Positions 46,758 through 56,301 of a DNA stretch of 64,000 nt are shown here, piece by piece (the first letter of the stretch is position 1; the number at the start of each line of letters is the position of its first letter). This DNA comes from Promethearchaeota archaeon. Its GTDB lineage: Archaea > Asgardarchaeota > Heimdallarchaeia > Hodarchaeales > Hodarchaeaceae. The notes under the pieces were generated by a model. The model worked only from the letters and a program-made list of their open reading frames with translations. It had not been told where the DNA came from and did not search any database. A program made the position numbers and the translations under genes. Location: the NCBI GenBank assembly GCA_048938105.1, contig JBHLMN010000019.1, positions 70,021-134,020 of the forward strand. Direction: 5' to 3'.

Positions 46758-48601
46758 CCTTACAAATAATCTTAGAAAATATTGGAGGGATTGATAAAGT
46801 CGGGTTGGACTTTAAAAAAGGGAAAAATCTAATCAAAGCACCAAATGCAACAGGGAAGAGTTCACTTGTCCGAGGAATCGAACTACTAAACTTACCAAAG
46901 GAGAGAATAGAAAATAAGCGTTATTATCTGAATTTTTTTGCCACAAAAGGACGAGTTCAATTAAATCAAGAAGGTAAAAAGGTCTGTGAGAGAACCTTTA
47001 AAGCAAAATCTGCTAGTAAAATGAGTGTTGAAGGGCATCCATTCCATCCAGAAGGTCAAAAAGTAAATTTATTTACTTTAGCAACCCCAGATAATGATCT
47101 TATCGCTGCAATCACTACTGGAAAGAAATTAGATGATCTTTTAACTCAATACTCTGACGTGAAATATTATTCCTTCTTAATTTCTTACCTTAAAAGTCGT
47201 TTGGCAAATTTGAAAAAAGATCTCCGCATTTACCTAATGTATGAATCTGATATTGATAATATGCAACAAGAACATTCTCAACTAGAGGAGGAACTGGAAG
47301 CAGCCAAAATCGAACGTAAATTACTTCCTGATATTAATATGGAAGAGATTCAATCATATTCAGAGATAGAGAGTCGTTTTAACAAAATGTCAAAAGAAAT
47401 ATTAGCTTTGAAAAATAAAATTGAAACAGCATCTGACATTATAAAACTGAATATGGCAAGAAATCGAGATACAAAAGCAACAATCAAATCAATGGAAGAA
47501 GAAATTAAGAATTTCATGGTAGAACACCCAAGTGTTGATCAGGAAATAGCTCGGATAGCTGATGAGATTAAGGATTACCGACGATATTTAGATGAAGTGA
47601 AAAATGAAAAAAATGAAACTGAAAAATCAATCAAGGAAGTACGTAACTGGATCTCCCTTTCTCAAAGGATACCAGATTTACGTAAGTGCACAGTTTGTGG
47701 ACGACCTTATACTGAAAAGCATGCCAAGACACGCGAAGATAAATTGCTAGTGGAGGATTCCCATCTCAGTAAACGTGTTCGGGAATTAGAATTTCAGATT
47801 GATGACGCAGAACGTAGAAAAGAAGACTTAGAAGTGTTAATTCATAAGATTAAGAATGATAATCAAATAAGGATTAGTAAAGCAAAACAAGAAATTAGAC
47901 GACTTCAAAAGGAAATTAAGGAGAAGAAAAAAGAAATTGAATCTTCTGAGCGGAACTATGTTCAAAAAGAGGCTGAATTGAAAATACTCGAAAAATCCAT
48001 TGATCAAGGACGAGCTGATTCAATTAAATTAATCAACGAGCTTGATGCTAAGATTCAGAGAATCTCGGGTAAAATCGAGCAAATAGATAAACAGATAGAG
48101 GAAAAATCAAAACGGATTGATCAGATTGACCAAGTACAATCAGAATTTGATTTTTATAGTACTTTACAAACCTATTTAGAAGAGCGCGAAAGGATTGTTA
48201 AACTGGGAGTAATTGAGAACTTTAATCGTCAGATCAAGAAAGTCTACCAATTGATGTCTTATCAGGACTTTGAAGACATCCGTATTGATCCCAACTTTAA
48301 ACTGATTGTCAAACGGAAGAGGAAGGGAAAAATGATTGACCAACCGATAGAAAGTCTGAGCGATAGTGAACGGATCACCATTGCATTAATTGTTATGCTC
48401 GCGGGTCGTGAGGAATACCTTAGTAATTATCCGCTATTCGTATTAGATAAAGTAACGTTAGACTACGATCCCACAAGATTTGAGATGATTCTAGATTATC
48501 TAAGTCGTCGTGAGGTTCCCTATACTTTAGTTACTCTAGCCCAAAGTATTAAGTCCTCAACTGGGAAGCTAGAAGTGGAGTACCTAGGAGTCAAAACATG
48601 A
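46754..48601 (+). CDS. Archaea-specific SMC-related coiled-coil ATPase (Sph/coalescin ClsN-like) with zinc hook
   Basis: ENIGGID start, Walker A APNATGKSS, long coiled coil with central CTVC, degenerate signature LSDSE, Walker B LFVLDK. Confidence 0.8.
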   Translation: MTLQIILENIGGIDKVGLDFKKGKNLIKAPNATGKSSLVRGIELLNLPKERIENKRYYLNFFATKGRVQLNQEGKKVCERTFKAKSASKMSVEGHPFHPEGQKVNLFTLATPDNDLIAAITTGKKLDDLLTQYSDVKYYSFLISYLKSRLANLKKDLRIYLMYESDIDNMQQEHSQLEEELEAAKIERKLLPDINMEEIQSYSEIESRFNKMSKEILALKNKIETASDIIKLNMARNRDTKATIKSMEEEIKNFMVEHPSVDQEIARIADEIKDYRRYLDEVKNEKNETEKSIKEVRNWISLSQRIPDLRKCTVCGRPYTEKHAKTREDKLLVEDSHLSKRVRELEFQIDDAERRKEDLEVLIHKIKNDNQIRISKAKQEIRRLQKEIKEKKKEIESSERNYVQKEAELKILEKSIDQGRADSIKLINELDAKIQRISGKIEQIDKQIEEKSKRIDQIDQVQSEFDFYSTLQTYLEERERIVKLGVIENFNRQIKKVYQLMSYQDFEDIRIDPNFKLIVKRKRKGKMIDQPIESLSDSERITIALIVMLAGREEYLSNYPLFVLDKVTLDYDPTRFEMILDYLSRREVPYTLVTLAQSIKSSTGKLEVEYLGVKT

Positions 48602-48603
48602 AT

Positions 48604-48963
48604 TCAGTCCCTAGTAGCGATTGCTTCAATTTCAATGCGCGCGCCTAATGGAAGTGCAACTACCTGAATTGTGGCTCGAGCTGGCGGATCAGATGGGAAA
48701 GATTTGGCATATTCTTCGTTTACTGCTGCAAAATCGTTGATATCTGCTAAATAGATAGTAGTTTTTACGATATCACTTAGAAAAGCATTTACTTCACTAA
48801 GTATATTTTCAATTTTTTCAATTATTTGACGAGTTTGGGTCTTAATATCAACATCTAAGTCGGTAGCGATCTGACCAGAGATATAAATTTGCTTTGTTCT
48901 TGAGGTTTCAATCGCAGGACTATATGGACCTACTACTTTGCCAATTTTTACTGCTCTCTTCAT
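48604..48963 (-). CDS. ridA: RidA/YjgF enamine-imine deaminase
   Basis: GPYS.A, ISGQI, VKTTIYL, FAAVNEEY, PARAT..V.ALP.GARIEIEAIA. Confidence 0.9.
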   Translation of the reverse strand: MKRAVKIGKVVGPYSPAIETSRTKQIYISGQIATDLDVDIKTQTRQIIEKIENILSEVNAFLSDIVKTTIYLADINDFAAVNEEYAKSFPSDPPARATIQVVALPLGARIEIEAIATRD

Positions 48964-49002
48964 GAGATTTCACCTTTCTGTTTATTTCTACCAAAAATTT
49001 AA

Positions 49003-49434
49003 TTATTTAATTTCATGTGGTAAATTCAATAGTTTTAATTTTGTTTGCGGATCTTCCTCCCGAGAGACCTGGGGATCTAAAACTAATATTTGGATCTCAC
49101 AGGTAACTGATACAATACACCCTAGCATTACATGCCCCCCAACACAAGAAGCATCTGCTCTTCCGAAGATTCCATGAAGGTGAACTAGCTGACTTGTAGC
49201 AATATTTCCAAGTAAAGAAACAATCTCTAAATTTTCTTTGAAAGTATTTACTACATATTCCTTACCATCAAAGAATCCGATTTTAGCAGCTGAAACGGCG
49301 CCAATTCCTTGTATTCGTCCAGAACCAATATCAGGGTTATGTTCACAAAATTTCTGGAGGGATTCAAGGATGTCTTCTCCCCGATAGAGGCGGAGAAGGT
49401 AATTTTTTTGAATAGTTTGCAGAATATATTTCAC
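49003..49434 (-). CDS. PPC/DUF296 domain protein
   Basis: LRLYRGED, GIGA, EIVSLLGNI, HLH, GGH. GTG start at 49434 preceded by an AAGGAGG SD. Confidence 0.85.
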   Translation of the reverse strand: MKYILQTIQKNYLLRLYRGEDILESLQKFCEHNPDIGSGRIQGIGAVSAAKIGFFDGKEYVVNTFKENLEIVSLLGNIATSQLVHLHGIFGRADASCVGGHVMLGCIVSVTCEIQILVLDPQVSREEDPQTKLKLLNLPHEIK

Positions 49435-49832
49435 AGTTATTTGGCCTCCTTTAAGCACCAACAGAAGTCATGAATAAATAAAGCTTCATGATTAGGTGAA
49501 ATGATCTTCGAAAATTACTAGAATCTTGAGGTATGTAATTCATTGACAATTCTGGGACAAAATTGACCATTGGGGATAAAAATAGGTTAGAATCTAAAAA
49601 AAACTAGAGTGAGTTTTCCTTTCTTTTATTGAAAGTAGTTCACACCCCCCTTAAAAACAAATATTGATTCCTTCTATTGTTCAAAGAAAAGGTTTTTTAG
49701 GATGATTAACTGATGTTATTTGGAATTGCTTTTAAATTCTTGAATTAGAGCCTATTAAGTGATCAAAAACCACTACCTACATAAGTCCTTCTAGGTTGTA
49801 GAAGCAAAATTATGGGGTTTTAACTCTTGAAA

Positions 49833-50816
49833 ATGCACTGTGATAGTAATTGTCGGCCCTGTGTGTTAGAAGGGGGCCCTAGTCGTGATCTTAATGATTC
49901 TTCATCTCTAGCTCCCATTTTTCACGCTCATTTTTGTCCAACTTGTCGTTCCGCATTCTTTTGTGAGATTGGAGTAGTGCAACACTTTTCAGCTAATAAA
50001 ACCACTTATTCTTGTGTGGAATGTGGTACAACTCTAGTTACAAGATCTCTTGAAGAAATTGCTTTGGAAAAAGCTCGTTTCTTAATGGATAACCAGAAAT
50101 TAAGTAGAAGCGGGAAATTTAGACCAACTCTCATTCAAAAGAAAGCAGGGAGAACAGTTGAATCTCTCTCTATGTTATACAATACCAAAACAACCAGTGC
50201 TTTTCATCAGTCGTTAATCACTGAAATGACTCGAATTTCTGGTTTATCACCTCAAGTTATTAGCAATTTTGCCCGAGATTTCGGGATAGGAGAGAATGTG
50301 ATTTCAACTCTTTCTGGCGAACTCTCTAATGAGACCATCCTATTAACCCTTTCAAGTATTTCTCCAAAATTCATTGAGATTCTTCATTCCATACTAATTG
50401 GTCATGATCCTGAAGGTTTAGCTTTACGTTTTTCTGTTTTTACAAATAATATAGCTGATATTGTGTTTATTCAACCATCACGGTCTTTAGTAGAATCAGG
50501 ACCCTACGATTTAATAGCGTATGATGGACAAGGTATGCGAATATGGGTGTTTTGTGTCCAAGGTACGGTTGATTCCAAAGATATCGAAAAAATTGTTGGG
50601 CCACTATTGAATCAAGAGTTATCAGAATTTAGCGGAGTATCCAAAATTTGTATTGTTGCTCAAGGTTTCTCATGGGTGGCATTACAGATATTACGAAAAT
50701 ATAGAGGGATTGTAGTTAGAGGAGAGAGTGGAAAAAGATCGATACCATTTGAACTATGGCAAGAAAAAATCGTTGAAGATCGTCCTGAAATCATATTCGA
50801 GAACATACGGCTTTAA
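49833..50816 (+). CDS. Zn-finger protein with C-terminal degenerate PD-(D/E)XK (Mrr-like) fold
   Basis: N-terminal CRPC...CPTC..FFC...H...CVEC; C-terminal YDLIAYD...IWVFCV...DIEKI...IVAQGFS resembles an Mrr catalytic domain lacking E-x-K. Confidence 0.5.
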   Translation: MHCDSNCRPCVLEGGPSRDLNDSSSLAPIFHAHFCPTCRSAFFCEIGVVQHFSANKTTYSCVECGTTLVTRSLEEIALEKARFLMDNQKLSRSGKFRPTLIQKKAGRTVESLSMLYNTKTTSAFHQSLITEMTRISGLSPQVISNFARDFGIGENVISTLSGELSNETILLTLSSISPKFIEILHSILIGHDPEGLALRFSVFTNNIADIVFIQPSRSLVESGPYDLIAYDGQGMRIWVFCVQGTVDSKDIEKIVGPLLNQELSEFSGVSKICIVAQGFSWVALQILRKYRGIVVRGESGKRSIPFELWQEKIVEDRPEIIFENIRL

Positions 50817-50832
50817 CTTTCGAGGTTTTTCA

Positions 50833-51390
50833 ATGAGTTCTTCTTCATCCGAGACATCATTAACGGATTATTTCAGAATTATACTTCTTGGGAGTCCAAA
50901 GGTGGGAAAAACCTCGATTATACACTGGATTCTTGATCTTTCACCTTTAGACGAATATCATCCTACAATTGGCCTGAAATTCTATAATTTAGACACCATT
51001 CTTAATAAAAATCAGTACTTCCTCCAGTTTTGCGACGTCTCAGGTAATGAAATCTATTTTGATCCACCTCCCTCTTTTTTAAACACTGCTACAGTAGCAA
51101 TTCTAGTTTTTGACAACAAAAACAAAGACTCCCAGCTTGAAATTCCGAAATTATATGACAAAGTTCGTGAACACCTCTCTCCTACTCAGATTTTGGTTGT
51201 AGGAAATAGATTCGATAATGAAAAACGAAAAATTCCTAAAACATTATCTTCCTGGGCTAACACTCATAAGTTAACAATCTATCCTCTCTCTATTCAAGAA
51301 GACATAGGGAAATCCCTTCTTCTACAAAATATCATTCAAATAATCACCAACGTTTCTAATAAACAAACCATGGAACCAGTTAAAGTATAG
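50833..51390 (+). CDS. Ras-superfamily (Rab-like) small GTPase, divergent
   Basis: G1 GSPKVGKTS, G2 YHPTIG, G3 DVSG, ILVFD, G4 VGNRFD. Start set at ATG 50833. Confidence 0.85.
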   Translation: MSSSSSETSLTDYFRIILLGSPKVGKTSIIHWILDLSPLDEYHPTIGLKFYNLDTILNKNQYFLQFCDVSGNEIYFDPPPSFLNTATVAILVFDNKNKDSQLEIPKLYDKVREHLSPTQILVVGNRFDNEKRKIPKTLSSWANTHKLTIYPLSIQEDIGKSLLLQNIIQIITNVSNKQTMEPVKV

Positions 51391-51428
51391 CAGGGGATCT
51401 GATTAACCTAAAAATCCTAAAATCTGAT

Positions 51429-51830
51429 TTATTTCCATTCCTCATCATTATTTTGACAGGAGGCTTGGACAATTTCACATTCCCACCATTTTGATCCTTG
51501 TTGAAAAGCACAAATGTCATCGGTGACCTGGCATTTGTGGTCTTCTCTTAAATAAAGACAAAGACTTGTCATTAACAAGCGGAGATTCATTTTCTCTGGT
51601 TGTTCACCAATTTGATAATCCTTGTATAATTGATCTCGAATTTCTTGGTAATTCTGTACCTGAACAGTCGTTAAAATACTCCCAGTTTTGAATGTAATTC
51701 CTCCAGTCAAAGCAGAATCGTCGAATTCTAAGAACTGAAAGAGTTGTCGTTGAAGCGAATCCAGCATTTCGTCGTCTATGTCTCCAACACCCATCATATT
51801 TAGTAAGTCACGCAATTTTTTTCGAAACAC
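51429..51830 (-). CDS. Hypothetical protein with C-terminal Cys cluster
   Basis: 133-aa ORF filling the gap between genes; CLY...C...C...WWEC. Confidence 0.6.
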   Translation of the reverse strand: MFRKKLRDLLNMMGVGDIDDEMLDSLQRQLFQFLEFDDSALTGGITFKTGSILTTVQVQNYQEIRDQLYKDYQIGEQPEKMNLRLLMTSLCLYLREDHKCQVTDDICAFQQGSKWWECEIVQASCQNNDEEWK

Positions 51831-52031
51831 TAGTAAAACGCCTTCACAACATTTTTAATGCGCTAATAAGTACTCATCATCGATTTGAATAATTTTTTTC
51901 CACTTTTAATTAAATTAAGGTTAAATTTAAATTAGTATAATTTATGCATCCTTTATATTTGTATATAATGAAACACTTTGAATAGAGCGCGCTCAAGTAG
52001 AAACAGCAATAAAGTGTGTGGAGAATTTTCA

Positions 52032-54926
52032 ATGACTGAGTATGATTTCAATCCCGTTGTTTGGGTTAGTCTAGCTTCTGTCTCAGGTTTAAGCCTGATC
52101 AGCCTAGGAAAACCAGGTTTAAGAACCGATCTTGATGAACAAGTATATACTGGAGGATTAACTGCCGTTCAAGCGATGTTGGGTGGAGAAGTTGGGGGTG
52201 ACACTGCTAGATTTGTGGGTGGAAGTCATAGTAATAGAACTGGTAGATTCCTTGTCAAAAACGAGACAGGAGAACTTGTTGGGCAATTCTTATTAATATC
52301 TCCAAATAATCTTACCGTTGCTCCTGATTTAGTTGAATATTATGAAGAACTTGTTACTATATTTGCAGAAGACACAATTCAAACTGAAGTGTATGAACGT
52401 ACACAAAGAGAATTCAGAGCTTTGGGAGTTAATGACGTCTTAGATCTCTTTTTCGAAAGTATCAAGAAATCACGGAAAAGAAAATCAATCCCTATGGATA
52501 AGAACAATTTTACTTCAGCCCTCAGCAAAATTAAAGTCCAATCCATAAATGATTATGAGTACTCTGCTACACTAGTTAAGATTTCAGAATATAAAGGCAA
52601 ATTTCAAGACCTTTGTCACAGGGTAAAAAATGAGAGAAACGATTTAATAACAGAATTAGCACAAGATATGCTGGAATTCCTAACTAGTGAATATCCTCAT
52701 GCGTTAGTGACGTTCCCTAAAATAGACTCATTACGAAAAGATTTCTTAAAGTATGCACGATCTGAGATAGATAATATTTTGAAAGAGAATAGGGTTTCTG
52801 AAGCGCTTGAAGAAATTATTGAAGATTTTGAGAAAAATGATTTGAATAATGTTCTGGCAGACTTTGCCCTTCATGAGGTAACTAAAACAAATCTCTATTC
52901 ACGTCTTGAAGATGAGCTATTCAAAAAATATCGACGGGAGTTTCCTCTTCTATTTCTTGTTGATCCTCAAATCAATGGATTTCTAAGTGCTATAGAGAAG
53001 CTTACTGTAAAAATAAATGAAGAATATGATCTAGCTGGAACATTGTCTCGTATTGGGCACGATATGCTAAAGGATTATGAGAGGGAGGAAAACTTGGTTA
53101 TTCCTTACATACGACATTTCTGCGAGCAATTCTCTGCTGGATTAACCTTTACGGCCTGGAAATACATGCAAATCATATTTAAATTAATTTCAATGGAGTC
53201 TAAGGTCGAAGTGACGGAAGTTCTTCCATCTTTGGAAGGTCAAATTCCTGACTCTCACTTTTCTACACTTCAAAAGATGATAACTAAATATAAAATAACA
53301 AAACTTGATCCTTTATCTTTCTCGGTGAAAAAAGCAACCGATATTTTACCCTTCTATAGAGCTTTGTTTTCTACGTTAGGTTACGGGATTAATACGCTAA
53401 TTTATCAAATCGCTCTTGGAGAAGAAGATCCAAATAATTATTTCAATCATACTACAAGGATTTTCCATGATTTTTGTATTCAAATTAGTTACACTTTTGC
53501 ATTATTCTCAATCTATTCTTATCTAGAAGAAATAAGGCCACGTTTAGGGTTCAATTTAGCCTATCCAAAACCAGAAACATTTGGAAAAGATGTCGATATT
53601 ACTACATTAAATATCCAAGCTTTAATCGCAGCTTTCATCGAAGCAAATACCACTCACCTCCAGAAAGAACATCAATTGGTTCAACGTCGTTTGAGGGAAT
53701 TTCAAGAAGCCTTTGAAACGCGAATAAAAGATATTAACAAATTTTTGTCTCGAAATCCTATTGATATCTCTAAAGGATATTCTCTAGACCTTAAGGAGGT
53801 AGATATACTTTCTTTTGCAGCCAAACCCGTTAGTAGTGTCGAAACAATTCTCGAAAAGGCTCAAGATGAATATAGGAAGATAATTGAGAAAATAGAAACA
53901 GATATAGATAAAGCAAAGGATGCAGCCCGGCAATTTGTTGATGGAAAAATCGCTGAAAAGAAGCTAGAATCAGTTCTTAGAGATCGTGGTTTTCTTTCTA
54001 AAGTCCAAGATAATTTTCAGAAATTCTTGCGAAAAATACATGAATCAATTGATAAGAGTTATTCTGGTCTCCCTGCAGATGTTGAGAAGAGTATTAATAA
54101 ATTTGAGAAGGAATTCTCAAAACAATTCTCTCAGGCTTGTCCATTTCTCAACATTGACCAAAAGGCTTTTGCAAAAGGCGATAAACGGTTTCTTCAAGAT
54201 CCATCCTCAAAAATTAATAAAATTCAAGAGTCAATCAAACAGATAATATCGAAAGAAGAACTTATTTCTTGGGAAAACTTGGGAACATATTATTTTAGTT
54301 CCAAGAACAGATCATTACCAACAAATCTTCAATTGGATATTTCAAATTCCTTAGTTCATAAGAAATCCTACCCTTTTTTGAAAGAGGCAATGGAAGTCCT
54401 GAAATCAAATCCGCATCAGGATATTTATAGATGTTACACGGAAGTTCTAGAAGATTACACAAGGGAGATAATTACTCAAATATTTCATGAAACAGGAAAG
54501 CTTATCGACAAAGAGTACCTGAAGACAGACCTCGATATTTTTTTCATAGAAAGAGACAATAAACCAATACCTACAGTTGAGATGGGCGTTTTTACGAATA
54601 GTGATGCTATGAACTCTCTAAGAGGATTATTGGAGTCTAAAATTGCTGTAGAGTCAGAAGAAAGGGAAGAAATCACATTATTCCATATTTCCGCGGTAAT
54701 ACCTGATTTTGGTTGTGATTATAAAAAATTAAAGAAAGTTTGGAAAAAAGGGAAAAAGGAATGGACTCTACGCAAAGTTTTACTACTCTTAAGTTGGCGT
54801 TCCCTTTTGAACTCCAATACTTTCTATATGAACTTATTAAGATATTCAAGTGGTTTTTATTCGACCCGAGTGAAAGATTCCCTAGAGGATATATTACTAG
54901 AGATCGAAAAAGCTATTGTGTCGTGA
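52032..54926 (+). CDS. Large alpha-helical protein with N-terminal longin-like domain
   Basis: N-terminus SGLSLIS...DEQVYTGGLTAVQAMLGGEVG resembles the longin-type pattern (SGL.L...D..L.SG.L.A...F..E); remainder helical/coiled coil. Start set at ATG 52032. Confidence 0.55.
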   Translation: MTEYDFNPVVWVSLASVSGLSLISLGKPGLRTDLDEQVYTGGLTAVQAMLGGEVGGDTARFVGGSHSNRTGRFLVKNETGELVGQFLLISPNNLTVAPDLVEYYEELVTIFAEDTIQTEVYERTQREFRALGVNDVLDLFFESIKKSRKRKSIPMDKNNFTSALSKIKVQSINDYEYSATLVKISEYKGKFQDLCHRVKNERNDLITELAQDMLEFLTSEYPHALVTFPKIDSLRKDFLKYARSEIDNILKENRVSEALEEIIEDFEKNDLNNVLADFALHEVTKTNLYSRLEDELFKKYRREFPLLFLVDPQINGFLSAIEKLTVKINEEYDLAGTLSRIGHDMLKDYEREENLVIPYIRHFCEQFSAGLTFTAWKYMQIIFKLISMESKVEVTEVLPSLEGQIPDSHFSTLQKMITKYKITKLDPLSFSVKKATDILPFYRALFSTLGYGINTLIYQIALGEEDPNNYFNHTTRIFHDFCIQISYTFALFSIYSYLEEIRPRLGFNLAYPKPETFGKDVDITTLNIQALIAAFIEANTTHLQKEHQLVQRRLREFQEAFETRIKDINKFLSRNPIDISKGYSLDLKEVDILSFAAKPVSSVETILEKAQDEYRKIIEKIETDIDKAKDAARQFVDGKIAEKKLESVLRDRGFLSKVQDNFQKFLRKIHESIDKSYSGLPADVEKSINKFEKEFSKQFSQACPFLNIDQKAFAKGDKRFLQDPSSKINKIQESIKQIISKEELISWENLGTYYFSSKNRSLPTNLQLDISNSLVHKKSYPFLKEAMEVLKSNPHQDIYRCYTEVLEDYTREIITQIFHETGKLIDKEYLKTDLDIFFIERDNKPIPTVEMGVFTNSDAMNSLRGLLESKIAVESEEREEITLFHISAVIPDFGCDYKKLKKVWKKGKKEWTLRKVLLLLSWRSLLNSNTFYMNLLRYSSGFYSTRVKDSLEDILLEIEKAIVS

Positions 54927-54950
54927 AAAATATCTAGGAATGCCTTAACC

Positions 54951-55574
54951 TTGGCTTATCCTAACAAACTATCTGAAAAATTAAGAGTTTATTCCCCTCA
55001 GGAAGACACATGGTTTCTTTTTGATGTCTTAAAATCCCAACTCAAGCAAGATCCTTTGAATCAATTGCCTTACTTAGTGGTTTGTGAAGTAGGAGCGGGT
55101 AGTGGGTTTATTTCTATTGAATTATCAAAGAAATTCCCTCAGATTCAATTCCTAGCGACTGATATTTCCCTCCAATCTATAATAACCTGTCACAAAAACA
55201 TGTTTGAGTCGATTCAACGAGATCGATTTGATGTGGTGTGTATGGATCTTCTTCATGGGTTAAATCCAGAAACATTTCAACCTGAAATAATCTTTTTTAA
55301 TCCACCTTATGTAAGAACATGCGAAGAAGAAGTGATGAAAGCGTTCTCTTGGGCAGGTGGCCCCAGTGGTTTAGTAGTAATTCAGAAGTTTCTTGAAGAC
55401 TTGTCAAGGTTCTCTTTCAGAAAAGCATTCTTTCTTTCCTCTGTTTATAATGAGAATAAGTTACTAAAGACAAATTTTCAGGGTATTTTTGAATCTCAAG
55501 TAATTGCTGAAAGAAAGATTGAAGATGAGAGACTTTTATGCTATGAGGTTCAGCTTAAAAACAACCCAGAATAA
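54951..55574 (+). CDS. HemK2/PrmC-family protein glutamine methyltransferase
   Basis: VYSPQEDT, EVGAGSG, TDIS, FNPPYV, WAGG..G. Confidence 0.85.
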   Translation: MAYPNKLSEKLRVYSPQEDTWFLFDVLKSQLKQDPLNQLPYLVVCEVGAGSGFISIELSKKFPQIQFLATDISLQSIITCHKNMFESIQRDRFDVVCMDLLHGLNPETFQPEIIFFNPPYVRTCEEEVMKAFSWAGGPSGLVVIQKFLEDLSRFSFRKAFFLSSVYNENKLLKTNFQGIFESQVIAERKIEDERLLCYEVQLKNNPE

Positions 55575-55581
55575 GGTCACT

Positions 55582-56301
55582 CTATATATCAATTTGGGTA
55601 AGAAAATCGACTAAGCTTTTCAGTGATTTCTCAGGATCCTCCAGATATAATAGCAATCGGTCATTTTCTTGAGTAGGGTGATCTAGAGGGAATATTCTAT
55701 CTTTAGAATCTTCTCTGAGAATGTTAAGGACATGAACATTAGGAATTTTAAGATCATCAACAGGCTTGAATAATTTGTTTTTAGGAACAGGAATAGAGAT
55801 AACTGGCGGTTTGACTAATGGTAGGTTCATTTGCTTATATAATTCATTAACAATCTGATTTATATTGTCTACAATAATGATTTGACCCTGCTTTTGACCA
55901 GAAAGATATTGAACAAATGGAGGAGCAAACTGTGCTAATAAAATAGCCTTTAAATCTTCATTATCTGAAATAAATGACATGATATTCTGAATTATGAGAG
56001 GATCCTCATGAAGGATAATGACTTTTTCCGCGTTCTGAAAGCCAATTGTTTCATAAAGATTTCTCTTGGCATACTCCTCCTTTTGTTCCTCGTAAAGAAC
56101 ATTTATTTCTTCTTTAACTTCCTCTATCCAATTTAATTTTTTATCTGAAATTAGTGCTACTTTACTTTGAGCTCCAATTCGAATTAATTGGTCAATAAAG
56201 GCTTCTGCAAAGATATTGCTTCCAAACACAAAAATAGTATTTTGTTGTTCTACAGCTTTTTCTGCGAATTTACGTATTCGACGTCTTTTAAAGAAACCCA
56301 T
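55582..56301 (-). CDS. Soluble RCK (TrkA-N + TrkA-C-like) domain protein
   Basis: Rossmann-like start IFVFGSN; clear paralog of the cytosolic part of the upstream gene (NLYETIGFQNA vs NLYDIIGFKNA). Confidence 0.6.
   Translation of the reverse strand: MGFFKRRRIRKFAEKAVEQQNTIFVFGSNIFAEAFIDQLIRIGAQSKVALISDKKLNWIEEVKEEINVLYEEQKEEYAKRNLYETIGFQNAEKVIILHEDPLIIQNIMSFISDNEDLKAILLAQFAPPFVQYLSGQKQGQIIIVDNINQIVNELYKQMNLPLVKPPVISIPVPKNKLFKPVDDLKIPNVHVLNILREDSKDRIFPLDHPTQENDRLLLYLEDPEKSLKSLVDFLTQIDI

Noticed and set aside
54951-55574. NPPY protein as a fifth DNA methyltransferase
   Set aside because: The VYxPxEDT N-terminus and WAGG motif identify the HemK2/PrmC protein methyltransferase family.
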